A program made the position numbers and the translations under genes. A stretch of 64,000 bases of DNA from Terriglobia bacterium (GTDB lineage Bacteria > Acidobacteriota > Terriglobia > Acidiferrales > UBA7541), in assembly GCA_963695545.1 (NCBI GenBank), contig OY968796.1, positions 64,001-128,000 of the forward strand. Reading direction: 5' to 3'. Below, one piece after another: positions 19,477 through 30,200 of this stretch (position 1 is its first letter; every line of letters begins with the position of its first letter). The notes beneath the pieces are model-generated. The model searched no databases. It worked only from the letters and a program-made list of their open reading frames with translations, and had not been told where the DNA came from.

Positions 19477-21603
19477 TTACGCCAAGTGCATCGCGACGAT
19501 GATCTTGTCGATCAGCCAAATCCCCGGGAACGGCACGATGATTCCGCCGAGTCCGTAGATCAATAGATTGCGGCTCAGCATTTGCCCCGCGCTGACGGGT
19601 TTATACTGCACGCCGCGCAACGCAAGCGGTACGAGAGCGATGATGATGAGCGCGTTGAATATCACCGCGGCCAGCACTGCGCTTTGCGGCGAGTGCAATC
19701 CCATGATGTTCAGCTTGTTCAGTTCGGGATAAATGGACGCGAACATCGCGGGAATAATCGCGAAATATTTCGCCACGTCGTTGGCGATCGAAAAAGTGGT
19801 CAGCGAGCCGCGCGTGATCAGCAATTGTTTTCCGATGGCTACGATTTCGATCAGCTTGGTCGGATTGCTATCGAGATCGACCATGTTGCCGGCCTCTTTC
19901 GCGGCCATGGTTCCCGTGTTCATGGCCACGCCGACATCGGCCTGCGCCAGCGCCGGCGCGTCGTTGGTTCCATCGCCGGTCATCGCGACCAGGCGCCCTT
20001 CGGCTTGTTCCTTGCGGATATATTCCAATTTATCTTTCGGCGTGGCTTGCGCGAGGAAATCGTCCACGCCGGCTTCTTGCGCGATGGCCGCCGCAGTCAA
20101 GGGATTGTCTCCGGTGATCATCACCGAACGAATTCCCATTGCGCGCAACGAGGCCAGGCGCTCCGCCATTCCGCCTTTCACGATGTCTTTGAGATAAATC
20201 ACTCCGAGAGCTCGCGAGCCATCCGCCACAGCGAGCGGAGTTCCGCCGTTTCTCGAAATGCGATCGGAAGTCTCCAGAAGAGATTGCGGTACGGTGCCGC
20301 CCGCATCTTTCACGAATTGTGCGATCGCGTCGGTCGCGCCCTTTCGCAGGCGGCGGCCGCCCATGTCCACGCCGCTCATGCGCGTGTACGCCGAAAACTC
20401 GATGAACTGCGCGTTCTGCTCCGCGATTTCGCGCCCGCGGAGTCCATATTTTTCTTTGGCCAGCACCACGACCGAGCGTCCCTCCGGAGTTTCATCGGCG
20501 AGGCTGGAGAGCTGCGCCGCGTCCGCCAGTTCGCTTTCGCTCACGCCCTCGACGGGTATGAATTCGACGGCTTGGCGATTGCCCAGCGTGATGGTTCCCG
20601 TTTTATCGAGAAGCAAAGTGTTCACGTCGCCTGAAGCTTCCACGGCCTTTCCGCTCATGGCCAGAACGTTGTGTTGCATCACGCGATCCATTCCGGCGAT
20701 GCCGATCGCGGAAAGCAATCCGCCGATGGTCGTCGGAATCAAGCAAACCAGCAAAGACACGAGGACGGCGACCGACGGAATATTCCCGGTTCCGACCGTT
20801 CCGATTGCGTATTTCGCATACGGCGGAAGTGTTGCCACCGCCATCAGGAAAATTAATGTGAGTCCAGCGATCAAAATATTCAGCGCGATTTCGTTGGGCG
20901 TCTTCTGGCGCACCGCGCCCTCGACCAGCGCGATCATGCGGTCCAGAAACGTTTCGCCCGGATTGGAAGTGATCTGGATTTTGATGTGGTCGGACAACAC
21001 CTTCGTCCCGCCGGTCACCGCGCTGCGGTCGCCGCCGGATTCGCGGATCACCGGAGCGCTTTCTCCCGTGATCACGGACTCATCCACGCTGGCGACGCCG
21101 TCGATGACCTCGCCGTCTCCCGGTATCAGATCGCCCGCTTCGCAAAACACAACATCGCCCGCGCGCAGTTTCGCGCCCGAGATCATTTCAAAACATCCGT
21201 CGGGCCGAACCTTGCGAGCCATTGTGTCCACTTTGGTCTTGCGCAATGCGTCGGCTTGCGCCTTTCCGCGCGCTTCCGCCATGGCTTCCGCAAAATTTGC
21301 AAAAAGAACCGTGAACCAAAGCCACAGTGCGATCTGAATGCCGAAAAGAAGATTGCCGGCGTGCGTGAACGCATCCTTGATCACGTAAATCGTGATCAGC
21401 GCCGCGCCGACCTCGACCACAAACATCACGGGGTTTTTCGCCACCAGCATCGGATTGAGCTTCACGAACGACTCTTTGGTCGCGCGTTTCACGATCTCCG
21501 GATCGAACAACGGGCGCGAGCGCGCGCCGCGCGAAATCAATTGCGCGCCGTCCTGCTTCAATTCCTGCTTGCTCTCAACCGGAGGTGCACTTAGCGTCGG
21601 CAT
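19477..21603 (-). CDS. kdpB: K+-transporting ATPase subunit B (P-type ATPase)
   Basis: [30 protein letters not shown] at 21603 preferred because the longer ORF overlaps kdpA. Confidence 0.97.
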   Translation of the reverse strand: MPTLSAPPVESKQELKQDGAQLISRGARSRPLFDPEIVKRATKESFVKLNPMLVAKNPVMFVVEVGAALITIYVIKDAFTHAGNLLFGIQIALWLWFTVLFANFAEAMAEARGKAQADALRKTKVDTMARKVRPDGCFEMISGAKLRAGDVVFCEAGDLIPGDGEVIDGVASVDESVITGESAPVIRESGGDRSAVTGGTKVLSDHIKIQITSNPGETFLDRMIALVEGAVRQKTPNEIALNILIAGLTLIFLMAVATLPPYAKYAIGTVGTGNIPSVAVLVSLLVCLIPTTIGGLLSAIGIAGMDRVMQHNVLAMSGKAVEASGDVNTLLLDKTGTITLGNRQAVEFIPVEGVSESELADAAQLSSLADETPEGRSVVVLAKEKYGLRGREIAEQNAQFIEFSAYTRMSGVDMGGRRLRKGATDAIAQFVKDAGGTVPQSLLETSDRISRNGGTPLAVADGSRALGVIYLKDIVKGGMAERLASLRAMGIRSVMITGDNPLTAAAIAQEAGVDDFLAQATPKDKLEYIRKEQAEGRLVAMTGDGTNDAPALAQADVGVAMNTGTMAAKEAGNMVDLDSNPTKLIEIVAIGKQLLITRGSLTTFSIANDVAKYFAIIPAMFASIYPELNKLNIMGLHSPQSAVLAAVIFNALIIIALVPLALRGVQYKPVSAGQMLSRNLLIYGLGGIIVPFPGIWLIDKIIVAMHLA

Positions 21604-21628
21604 TTTCGGATCCTCATTCGCAATAGGG

Positions 21629-23416
21629 TCAGAACAATTTCCCGTTGAGCATTTGCAAATGCTCAACGATGGGACCAAGCGAGAGCGCGGGGAAATATGT
21701 GAGCGCGCCCACGATGATCACGGTCCCTACCACCAGAACCACAAACAACGATCCCGTCGTAGGCAATGTGCCGCTGGTCACCGGAATCAGTTTCTTGGAA
21801 GCCAGACTGCCGGCGATGGCCAGCGCCGGGATGATGAACAAGAATCTTCCAACCAGCATGTCGATTCCGAGCGTCAGGCTGTACCACGGCGTGTTGGCAT
21901 TGATTCCCGCGAACGCGCTGCCGTTATTGCCGGCGCCGCTCGAGTACATGTAGAGGATCTCGGAAAAGCCGTGCGCGCCTCCGTTGCCCAGATTCGCGAT
22001 GGCCGGTCCAGGTGAGTTCCAGTAATGGTTCGGCGCAAACTTCGCGACCGAGCTGAGCGCGGTAAAGCCGAGAATCACGAACGCGGTCGCCAGCACGGCG
22101 ATAATGGCCATCTTGACTTCTTTTTGCTCGATCTTTTTGCCGACATATTCGGGAGTGCGGCCGACCATCAGTCCGCCGATAAAAACAGCGACGATGACGT
22201 ATATCAACATGCTGTAAAGACCCGCGCCGACGCCTCCAAAGATCACCTCATCAGTCTGAATATTGAACAGCGGCACCAGGCCGCCGATCGGCGTGAAACT
22301 ATCGTGCATGCCAATCACGGCGCCGCAACTCGCATCGGTCGTCACCGTGGCAAACAAGGCCGTCATCGCATTGCCGAACCGAACCTCCTTGCCTTCCATG
22401 TTGCCGCCCGGCTGGCTGGTGGTGTACGCGCGTTCGATGCCCGTATTGCCGATCATCGGATTTCCGCGCTGCTCAGCCCAATAGCAGATGAACGCTCCCG
22501 CAAGAAACATCGCGGACATCGCGGCAAAAATCGCCCAACCCTGCCGCGTATCCCGCACCATCTTGCCGAATTGATAGGTGAGTCCGGCGCCGAGCGAAAA
22601 GATCAGCGTCAATTGCAGAAAATTCGACAGAGGAGTCGGATTCTCGAATGGGTGCGCGGAGTTGGCGTTGAAAATTCCGCCGCCATTGGTTCCCAGCATT
22701 TTGATGGCTTCCTGTGACGCTACTGGCCCTCGCTCGATCATCTGGGTTGCGCCTTCGAGGGTGGTTACGGTGGCGGGGCCTTTGAAGGTTTGCGCCGCTC
22801 CTTGCCAGACGAATAGCAGCGTCGCCACGAAGCAAATGGGAAGCAGGATGTAAACCGTGCAACGTGTCACGTCGACCCAGAAATTGCCGATGGTTTTCAC
22901 CGAGTGCCGCGCGAACCCGCGAATCATGGCCACGGCAACCGCGATTCCGACCGCGGCGGACACAAAATTCTGCACCGCGAATGCCGCCATATTCGTGAAG
23001 TAGCTGACTGTGGTGTCCGGTGAATAGGACTGCCAGTTCGTGTTCGTCGTGAAGCTGACCGCGTTGTTGAACGCCAGGTCCGGTGTCATCGGCGTGGCGT
23101 TCTGTGGCGCGTTCGCCGTCGAGAAGTGCATCGGGTTCAGCGGCAGATGCCCCTGCAGCCGCTGGATCACATACACAAAGAGCACGCTGAAAATGCTCAG
23201 CGAGATCATGGACGCTGCGTAACGCAGCCAGGTCTGCTCCTCATCCTCGCGGACTCCGCCAAGCCAATAAATCAGACGCTCGAGCGGCCGCAAGATCGGA
23301 TGAAGCAACGTCCGCTGGCCCTCGAACACCCGGTACATGAACATGCCCACGGGCTTCGTAATGGCCAATATCACCAAGAAATAGATTACGATCAGCGCGA
23401 TCCCAATAGCAGTCAT
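21629..23416 (-). CDS. kdpA: K+-transporting ATPase subunit A
   Basis: [37 protein letters not shown]. Confidence 0.97.
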   Translation of the reverse strand: MTAIGIALIVIYFLVILAITKPVGMFMYRVFEGQRTLLHPILRPLERLIYWLGGVREDEEQTWLRYAASMISLSIFSVLFVYVIQRLQGHLPLNPMHFSTANAPQNATPMTPDLAFNNAVSFTTNTNWQSYSPDTTVSYFTNMAAFAVQNFVSAAVGIAVAVAMIRGFARHSVKTIGNFWVDVTRCTVYILLPICFVATLLFVWQGAAQTFKGPATVTTLEGATQMIERGPVASQEAIKMLGTNGGGIFNANSAHPFENPTPLSNFLQLTLIFSLGAGLTYQFGKMVRDTRQGWAIFAAMSAMFLAGAFICYWAEQRGNPMIGNTGIERAYTTSQPGGNMEGKEVRFGNAMTALFATVTTDASCGAVIGMHDSFTPIGGLVPLFNIQTDEVIFGGVGAGLYSMLIYVIVAVFIGGLMVGRTPEYVGKKIEQKEVKMAIIAVLATAFVILGFTALSSVAKFAPNHYWNSPGPAIANLGNGGAHGFSEILYMYSSGAGNNGSAFAGINANTPWYSLTLGIDMLVGRFLFIIPALAIAGSLASKKLIPVTSGTLPTTGSLFVVLVVGTVIIVGALTYFPALSLGPIVEHLQMLNGKLF

Positions 23417-23425
23417 CTCACCACC

Positions 23426-23509
23426 TCAAAATTTTTCCGGCCGCAACAGTGCGTACATCAGGTACACGAACAAACCCGCCGAAACGATTCCCGCGATCAC
23501 GTATTCCAC
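23426..23509 (-). CDS. kdpF: KdpF peptide (27 aa, MEYVIAGIVSAGLFVYLMYALLRPEKF)
   Basis: Manually translated; YL.YALL.PEKF signature directly upstream of kdpA. Confidence 0.92.
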   Translation of the reverse strand: MEYVIAGIVSAGLFVYLMYALLRPEKF

Positions 23510-23518
23510 GGCAACCCC

Positions 23519-23602
23519 CTAAAGACGATCGGACGCCTTAGTGAACGCCCAAAGCACAACGAAAGAGACAATCAAGATCGCAACATAGAAAATATCCAGC
23601 AC
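23519..23602 (-). CDS. Second small hydrophobic peptide (27 aa, MLDIFYVAILIVSFVVLWAFTKASDRL)
   Basis: GAGGTG SD, GTG start, single TM helix, stops 9 nt before kdpF. Confidence 0.75.
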   Translation of the reverse strand: MLDIFYVAILIVSFVVLWAFTKASDRL

Positions 23603-23664
23603 AATTCACCTCTCCCATTCCGCGGCGCTTGGATGAAACGTCTCCGCCGCCGCGGTTGCAAACC

Positions 23665-24234
23665 TTATCGATTCGGCGCACGCGACTCTTTTTCGATCAC
23701 GCGATAGACGGCCGCGAGCCGCAGGCCATCGGACTGCGGCTCCGCGCGATCTTTCACCGCGGAATCGACGAAGACCACGTGATGTCCCATCTTTTGCAGC
23801 CTCCGCGCGAGCCGGCGTTCCCTGATCCTCCACCACTGAGAGCTTCCGCCGATGACGATCAGCGAATGTGGCGCCAGCGTCTGCTTCAAAGCCTCCACGC
23901 GGTCGCGGCAAAGCAGGATCCGAATCGCGATTTGTTCATCGATGATTTCTGCCTCCGCGACGAGATCGATGTAGCGTCGCTTCAAAATCTCAATCGCTAC
24001 GTGCGGCCGGTCCAAAGAAATCTGGATTGGCACGACGTGCGGCGCGAGCAGCACAATGTCGGCGCCGAGGTGCCTCGCCAGATCCGCGGCAGCCTTCAAT
24101 GCGGCCACAGTTCCATCGTGCGTGGTGTTGACCACGGTGACGCGCAGCTTCGGGTCCGGGCTCGCTTGCGGCACCTCAACGTGCGCGCCGGCCGCCGGAA
24201 CCGCTTCCATCTCGCGTATGCGACTGCTCTCCAT
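23665..24234 (-). CDS. Stand-alone universal-stress-protein-like protein of the kdp locus
   Basis: Alpha/beta pattern VTVV...AALKAAADLA..LGADIVLL...LIVIGG, similar to USP domains. Confidence 0.6.
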   Translation of the reverse strand: MESSRIREMEAVPAAGAHVEVPQASPDPKLRVTVVNTTHDGTVAALKAAADLARHLGADIVLLAPHVVPIQISLDRPHVAIEILKRRYIDLVAEAEIIDEQIAIRILLCRDRVEALKQTLAPHSLIVIGGSSQWWRIRERRLARRLQKMGHHVVFVDSAVKDRAEPQSDGLRLAAVYRVIEKESRAPNR

Positions 24235-24241
24235 AGCCGCT

Positions 24242-24296
24242 ACCGTAGACCCACGGAGCTAAGGGAGTCATAAACACGAAATAAATAATTCATAAA
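24242..24296 (-). promoter_or_regulatory. Probable KdpE-dependent promoter of the USP-like/kdpFABC/kinase operon
   Basis: Minus strand has TTTATG, TTTATT, TTTATG at 11-bp spacing, then CCTTAG and a -10-like TACGGT. Confidence 0.7.
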
Positions 24297-24310
24297 TTCG
24301 CAACCCTCCA

Positions 24311-25015
24311 TCAGTGCGCCACCTCGGACGGCACTTCCAGGCGGTATCCGACCCAAGGTTCTGTCAAAAGATACTTCGGGTTTCTCGACGACCGTTCGAT
24401 TTTCTTCCGCAGTCGATTCACGAAAACGTGCAAATACTCCTGCTCGTCCCCGTAATCCGGTCCCCAAACGGCTTGCAGCAATTCACGGTGCGTAACGGTC
24501 CGGTTTGCGTGCGAGGCGAGATAGGAGAGCAGGTCAAATTCCTTGGACGTCAGCCGCACCGGGTCGCCGTGCGCGATCACCCTCCGAGCCTGAAAATCAA
24601 TTTCTACTCCACCCAAGTGCAGGCTGGTGGCGCCCGACTCCGAATGAAAACTCGTTCTGCGAAGCGCGGCGCGCACGCGGGCCAGCAGTTCCGATATGCC
24701 AAACGGCTTGGTCACGTAATCGTCGGCGCCGGCGTCGAAAGCCTCGACCTTGTCGCGTTGGCCGTCGCGCACGGTCAGCATGATCACGGCAATATCCGAC
24801 GTGGCGCGAATCTCGCGGCAGGTTTCGATACCGCTGATGCCGTGGAGATTGATGTCCAGCAGAACCAAGTCGTAGCGATCCGCGCGGAGGAGCTCCAGGG
24901 CGTCTTCTCCGCTGCGAGCGTCCGCAACCTCGTAGCCCTGTGCGACGAGCGTGGTTCGCATCACGCGCCGAATCTGCGGTTCATCGTCCACCACCAGGAT
25001 GCGACCTTGATTCAT
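24311..25015 (-). CDS. kdpE: OmpR-family response regulator, KdpE-like
   Basis: ILVVDDEPQIRR, LLD phospho-site, GADDYVTKPF, winged helix YLHVFVNRLRKK, TEPWVGY. Confidence 0.9.
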   Translation of the reverse strand: MNQGRILVVDDEPQIRRVMRTTLVAQGYEVADARSGEDALELLRADRYDLVLLDINLHGISGIETCREIRATSDIAVIMLTVRDGQRDKVEAFDAGADDYVTKPFGISELLARVRAALRRTSFHSESGATSLHLGGVEIDFQARRVIAHGDPVRLTSKEFDLLSYLASHANRTVTHRELLQAVWGPDYGDEQEYLHVFVNRLRKKIERSSRNPKYLLTEPWVGYRLEVPSEVAH

Positions 25016-25272
25016 ACCCTCACCTCGCCCGAACCACGCCGTGCTTCGCGCCCCGCGTCGCGTCCGGCGGCCCACCATCTCCGCACGGCAATGCCCGACC
25101 ACACAATCTCAACCAACCCAAACGGCCACGCGCCCTGAAGAAACCCGTAAGCCGAACCCAGCAGGCAGGCTCCAGCGAACCCGGCGGTGAACCAACGATT
25201 GCGTTTTTCGAGCGCGTAGCACACCACCATCGCGGTAACCGCAACCAGGCCAAAAATTGTGAGCGGCGTCAC
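25012..25272 (-). CDS. Small 3-TM membrane protein translationally coupled to kdpE
   Basis: 86 aa, YALE...YGFLQGAWPFG; ATGA overlap with kdpE. Confidence 0.75.
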   Translation of the reverse strand: MTPLTIFGLVAVTAMVVCYALEKRNRWFTAGFAGACLLGSAYGFLQGAWPFGLVEIVWSGIAVRRWWAAGRDAGREARRGSGEVRV

Positions 25273-25328
25273 CCTGCACCCTGAACCCGGAAGTGACTGA
25301 CCAGGTCAATTTCCCTTGTTCCGATACA

Positions 25329-25383
25329 AAGCTAGGCCGCAGCCACTAAGGAAGGCATAAATAGTTCATACGGAATTCGTAAT
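25329..25383 (-). promoter_or_regulatory. Second KdpE-type promoter, upstream of the membrane-protein/kdpE operon
   Basis: Same CTAAGG-N4-CATAAA core, 11-bp phasing and 12-nt offset to a -10-like TAGCTT as at 24242-24296. Confidence 0.6.
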
Positions 25384-25664
25384 GGCGGGCCCGGGAGGCG
25401 GCGCGGCGCTAGGAAACCGCCTACTTTATTACGCTGCGCTTTGAGAGGAAAGCTGCTATACTGTCCTTGCGCTTAACACTTCGGTTGTGGCAGTGCGGCT
25501 CTTCTGGTTCAGTAGTTGATCTAAGAATACCCGCCTTCAGTAGCCTCCTGACGTCTTCAAGCGTAGTAACCAAATTTAAGATAAGACTGGCAAAAACAAG
25601 TGGCCGCGCCGGGCCTCGAATTCGTGTGTGCCCCGCGACGCGCTGCCGCCAGCAAGAAAGCAAA

Positions 25665-26981
25665 ATGCAGAATTTTTCAGAATTACCGATATCGTCGTAC
25701 ATGAAAGAAAGGCTGGCTGCGGCTCGTTTTACGATCCCCACGCCGGTGCAAGCCGCGGCGATCCCGCACGCGCTCGAAGGCAAGGATGTGCTGGCAACCG
25801 CGCAGACGGGAACCGGCAAGACGCTCGCGTTCCTGATTCCGATCATCGAACGCCTTCTGCCGCAAACCGCGCGCGAAGTTGCCGCGCTGGTGCTGGTTCC
25901 CACGCGGGAACTCGCCATGCAGGTCGTCGAGCAATACAACGCGCTGCGCGGCAGCAAGCTCTCGCCCGCGGCTCTGGTCGTCGGTGGATTGGCCGAAGGC
26001 CAGCAACTCAGCACGCTCCGCAAAGGAGCGCGCTTGGTGGTGGCAACGCCCGGCCGGCTCGAAGATTTTCTCGATCGAAGACTCATCCACTTCAGCGGAT
26101 TGCAAACGCTCATTCTCGATGAAGCCGATCGCATGCTGGACATGGGATTTCTTCCCGCAATTCGCAGAATCGTGGCCGTGTTGCCCAAGCAGCGCCAAAC
26201 TATGTGTTTCTCCGCCACGCTCGAAGCTTCTGTGGCGCATCTGGTGAATGGCTACATGAAGGATCCGGTTCGCCTGGCCTTCGGCTCCATCCTCAAGCCT
26301 TCGGAGAACGTGCGCCTTCAGGCGTTTGAAGTTCCTCTCGACGGCAAACAGGACGCGCTCAATCGCCTGCTCGCCAACGAAAAAGGCCGCTGCCTGGTTT
26401 TCGCGCGCACCAAACGCGGCACCGAGCGCATCGCCAAAAATCTGATTCGCGATGGCATCGGCGCCGCCATGATTCATGGCGATCGCTCGCAATCCCAGCG
26501 AATCGCGGCGCTCACCGGATTTCAGCAAGGCCGTTATCGCGTGCTGGTGGCCACCGACCTCGCTTCCCGCGGCATTCACGTGCAGGACATCGCTCACGTG
26601 ATCAACTACGATTTGCCCGAAGTCGCGGAAAATTTCATCCATCGCGTCGGCCGCACCGGCCGCGCCGGCGGACGCGGCGTCGCTTCCACACTCTTCGCGC
26701 GAACGCAGCGCAGTGAGATGGATCAATTGGAACGCACTCTCGGCATTCGCATGGAACGCATGCGCATGGAAGGCGTGGCGCCCGCTCGCCCCGATCAGCC
26801 TGAACGATTCGATCGATCCAATCATTCCGATCGCGCCGAGCAATTCGAGCCGCGCAATCACCCTCGCGGCCGCGTGCATATCGCGGCCTCAGCTGGCGAA
26901 GCACGGCTCGGGCCGCGGCTCGTCGTCGCGCTTCCCGGCGAAGTCCTGCAATCGCACGGCGCTGTAAGCGCTGCCGATTGA
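25665..26981 (+). CDS. DEAD-box RNA helicase (RhlE-like)
   Basis: Q-motif PTPVQ, AQTGTGKT, PTRELA, TPGRL, DEAD, SAT, HRVGRTGR; ATG at 25665. Confidence 0.95.
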   Translation: MQNFSELPISSYMKERLAAARFTIPTPVQAAAIPHALEGKDVLATAQTGTGKTLAFLIPIIERLLPQTAREVAALVLVPTRELAMQVVEQYNALRGSKLSPAALVVGGLAEGQQLSTLRKGARLVVATPGRLEDFLDRRLIHFSGLQTLILDEADRMLDMGFLPAIRRIVAVLPKQRQTMCFSATLEASVAHLVNGYMKDPVRLAFGSILKPSENVRLQAFEVPLDGKQDALNRLLANEKGRCLVFARTKRGTERIAKNLIRDGIGAAMIHGDRSQSQRIAALTGFQQGRYRVLVATDLASRGIHVQDIAHVINYDLPEVAENFIHRVGRTGRAGGRGVASTLFARTQRSEMDQLERTLGIRMERMRMEGVAPARPDQPERFDRSNHSDRAEQFEPRNHPRGRVHIAASAGEARLGPRLVVALPGEVLQSHGAVSAAD

Positions 26982-27243
26982 AATCGCATTCGGTTTGAAA
27001 CCAAGGGCCGGAAACTCGAGGCTACAATCGAGACCGGCCCGGCGTTTCACGCGGCGAGTGTCGCTCGCTTCGCTGGCGAACGCGAAGTACGTCACGCGCC
27101 CCAAAAGATAATCGAACGAATTCCCTTTCGCGGACATCTAACCGGATGTAGGACCGAGCGCTTGCCGGCGCAAGCCGCTGCGGCCATCAGAGGCATGCTT
27201 CGGGCGCATTTTAGCCGTCACCGTTCCGCAATTTCGCGCGGTT

Positions 27244-30200
27244 TTGCGTCCCGCGATTCCGGCTCCTCGAATGAACAGGACTTCACCAGCGAGCATCATC
27301 CTTCCCGAAACCGAAGAGCCGATCCGCGCCGAATTATTTAGTCTCGAGCGCCTCGAACAGCACGCCGAATCCCTCGCCGCCGCGCAAATTCTTACAAGCG
27401 ATTCACGCAGCGGCCGCCCGCTGATTCCGCGCGTGATCGAAAACGGCCGCGTGCTTCTCGCCAGTTATCGCGCCATTGCAGGCGTGGTTCAATCGGAACA
27501 GACGATCACGCCAGCCGCGGAATGGCTGGTCGATAATTTCCACATTGTCGATGAACAACTCCGCGAAATTCAGGAAGATCTGCCGGTCGGCTACTACCGC
27601 AAACTGCCCAAGCTTGCTGCCGGACACCTCGAGGGCTATCCGCGCGTGTACGGCGTGGCTTGGGCCTTTGTTGCGCACACCGACAGCCGCTTCGACCCGG
27701 AATTGCTGCGCCGATTTGTGGCGGCTTATCAGCGCGTGCAACCGCTCACCATCGGCGAACTCTGGGCCATGGCCATCACGCTACGCGTGGTGCTGGTGGA
27801 AAATCTGCGCAGGATCGCCGAGCGCCTGGTTCGCAGCCGCGCCGCCCGCGCCGAAGCCGATGATTTGGCCGACCGCCTGCTCAATTCCGATCAACCCTCC
27901 GCGATTCTCCCTGCTCTGAAGAAATTCGAGAAAGCACCGTTGGAGCGCGCCTTCGCCGTGCAATTGATCCAGCGTTTGCGTGATCTCGATCCGAACGTTC
28001 GCCCGGTTCTCGAGTGGCTCGATCAGCGCCTCTCCGCCACCGGCACCAGCGCCGACGAAATCGTGCGCGCCGAACTTCAAGAACAAGGCGCCATGAGCAT
28101 CTCCGTGCGCAACATCATCACCAGCATGCGCTCGATTTCCGCGTTCGACTGGCAGATTTTCTTTGAGAGCGTCAGCCTGGTCGACGAAATTCTCCGCGAC
28201 GGCTCGCACTTCGCGGACATGGATTTTTCCACGCGCGACGATTATCGCCACGCCATCGAGGATCTATCCCGCGGATCGCGCCACTCGGAAATGGAAGTCG
28301 CCAAACGCGTCGTTCGGCGCGCGAAACAAAACATTCCGGATTCGCGCGAACCTCCCCACAATGGCGACCAACCCGCCGAGGATCGCCGCTCCGAGCCCGG
28401 CTACTACCTCATCTCTCGCGGCCGCCCCGCCTTCGAGCGCGAACTTGGTTTTCGCACTGGACTGAAGCACTGGCTGCTGCGCACCTACGTTCGCGCCGCC
28501 GTGCCCGGTTATCTCGGAACCATCGCGGTTGTAACTGCCATGATTCTGGCGCTGCCTCTGCTGCATTCCCGCGAAGAAGGTATGCATGCAAAGGGCCTCT
28601 TGCTTCTTGCTCTGCTCGCGGCCGTGCCCGCGTCGGATCTCGCGATCGCGCTGATTAACCGCGCCGTGATGGGCTTGCTCGGCCCGCGAAGATTGCCTCG
28701 CTTAGAGTTGAAAAACGGCATTCCTGCGGAATTGCGGACGATCGTGGTCATGCCCACGCTGCTCACGACTCCGGCGGAAGTCTCCGAACAAGTCGAACAC
28801 TTGGAAGTGCACTATCTCGGAAATCCCGATGGAGATCTGCACTTCGCTCTGCTCTCCGATTGGGCGGACGCGCCGGCGGAGTCCATGCCCGGCGACGACG
28901 ATCTGCTCGCCGCTGCCGTCGACGGCATCGCGCGCTTGAACAAGCGCTATGGCCCCGCTCCCGACGGCGGCAACCGTTTCTTCGTCTTCCATCGCAAGCG
29001 TGTCTGGAACCCAAGCGAAGGCAACTGGATCGGCTGGGAACGCAAACGCGGAAAATTGCACGAGCTGAATCAGCTTCTGCGCGGCGCCCAGGCCACCACC
29101 TTCACTCCCGTCGGTGGCCGCGCCCTCGCGCCGCCCGCCGGCGTTCGTTACGTGATCACCCTCGATGCGGACACGCGCATGCCCCGCCGCACCGCCATTC
29201 GCTTGGTCGGTACCATGGCCCATCCTCTGAATCGACCGCGGTTCAGCGCCGCGGACGGCCGCGTCGTCGAAGGCTACGCGATTGTGCAGCCGCGCATCAC
29301 TTCTTCCCTGCCCATCGATCGCGAAGGTTCGCTCACGCAGAAAATTTTCTCGGGACCCAGCGGCATCGATCCCTACTCCGCGGCCGTTTCCGACGTCTAT
29401 CAGGACCTTTTCCAGGAAGGTTCTTACACCGGCAAGGGCATTTACGAAATCGACGCGTTTGAAGCGGCCATGGCCGGCAAACCCCCGGAAAACGCGCTGC
29501 TCAGTCACGATTTATTTGAAGGCATCTTCGCCCGAGTGGCCCTCGCCACAGACATTGAGCTGTTTGAAGAATTCCCCTCGCGCTATGGCGCCGTCGCTGC
29601 CCGGCAGCATCGCTGGGCCCGCGGAGATTGGCAGCTCCTGCCGTGGATTTTCGGGCGCCCGCGCTCGCTAACCAACAAACGCGATCGCGTAAGGATTCCC
29701 GCGATCGGCCGATGGAAAATGCTCGACAATCTGCGCCGCACGCTTTCCGCGCCCGCCGCTTTCTTGACGCTGCTCGCCGGCTGGCTGCTGCCGCCGTCAT
29801 CGCCGTGGCTCTGGACTCGATTCGTTCTCACCACAATCGCGATTCCTTCCCTGCTGCCGTTTATCCTCGGCCTGCAATCGCGCCGCAAGGGCATCTCGAA
29901 GCGAAGCCATTTCCGCTCCGTGCTCAGCGACCTTGAACTCGGCGCCTCTCAATTCGGTTTGTCCGTAACGTTTCTCGCCTATCAGGCGTGGCTAATGTCC
30001 GATGCGATTGTGCGCACATTTGTCCGCTTATTTATCACCCACAAAAATATGCTCGAGTGGATCACGGCCGCGCAGTCCAAATTGATGGCCGATTCCAAAT
30101 TGGCTGTGACCTTCCGGCGCATGGCTCCGGGCGTTCTCCTTTCTCTTGGGGCCGCGGTCGCCGTCGTTTTCGGTCGGCATCAGGCCCGGGCCGCCGCCGC

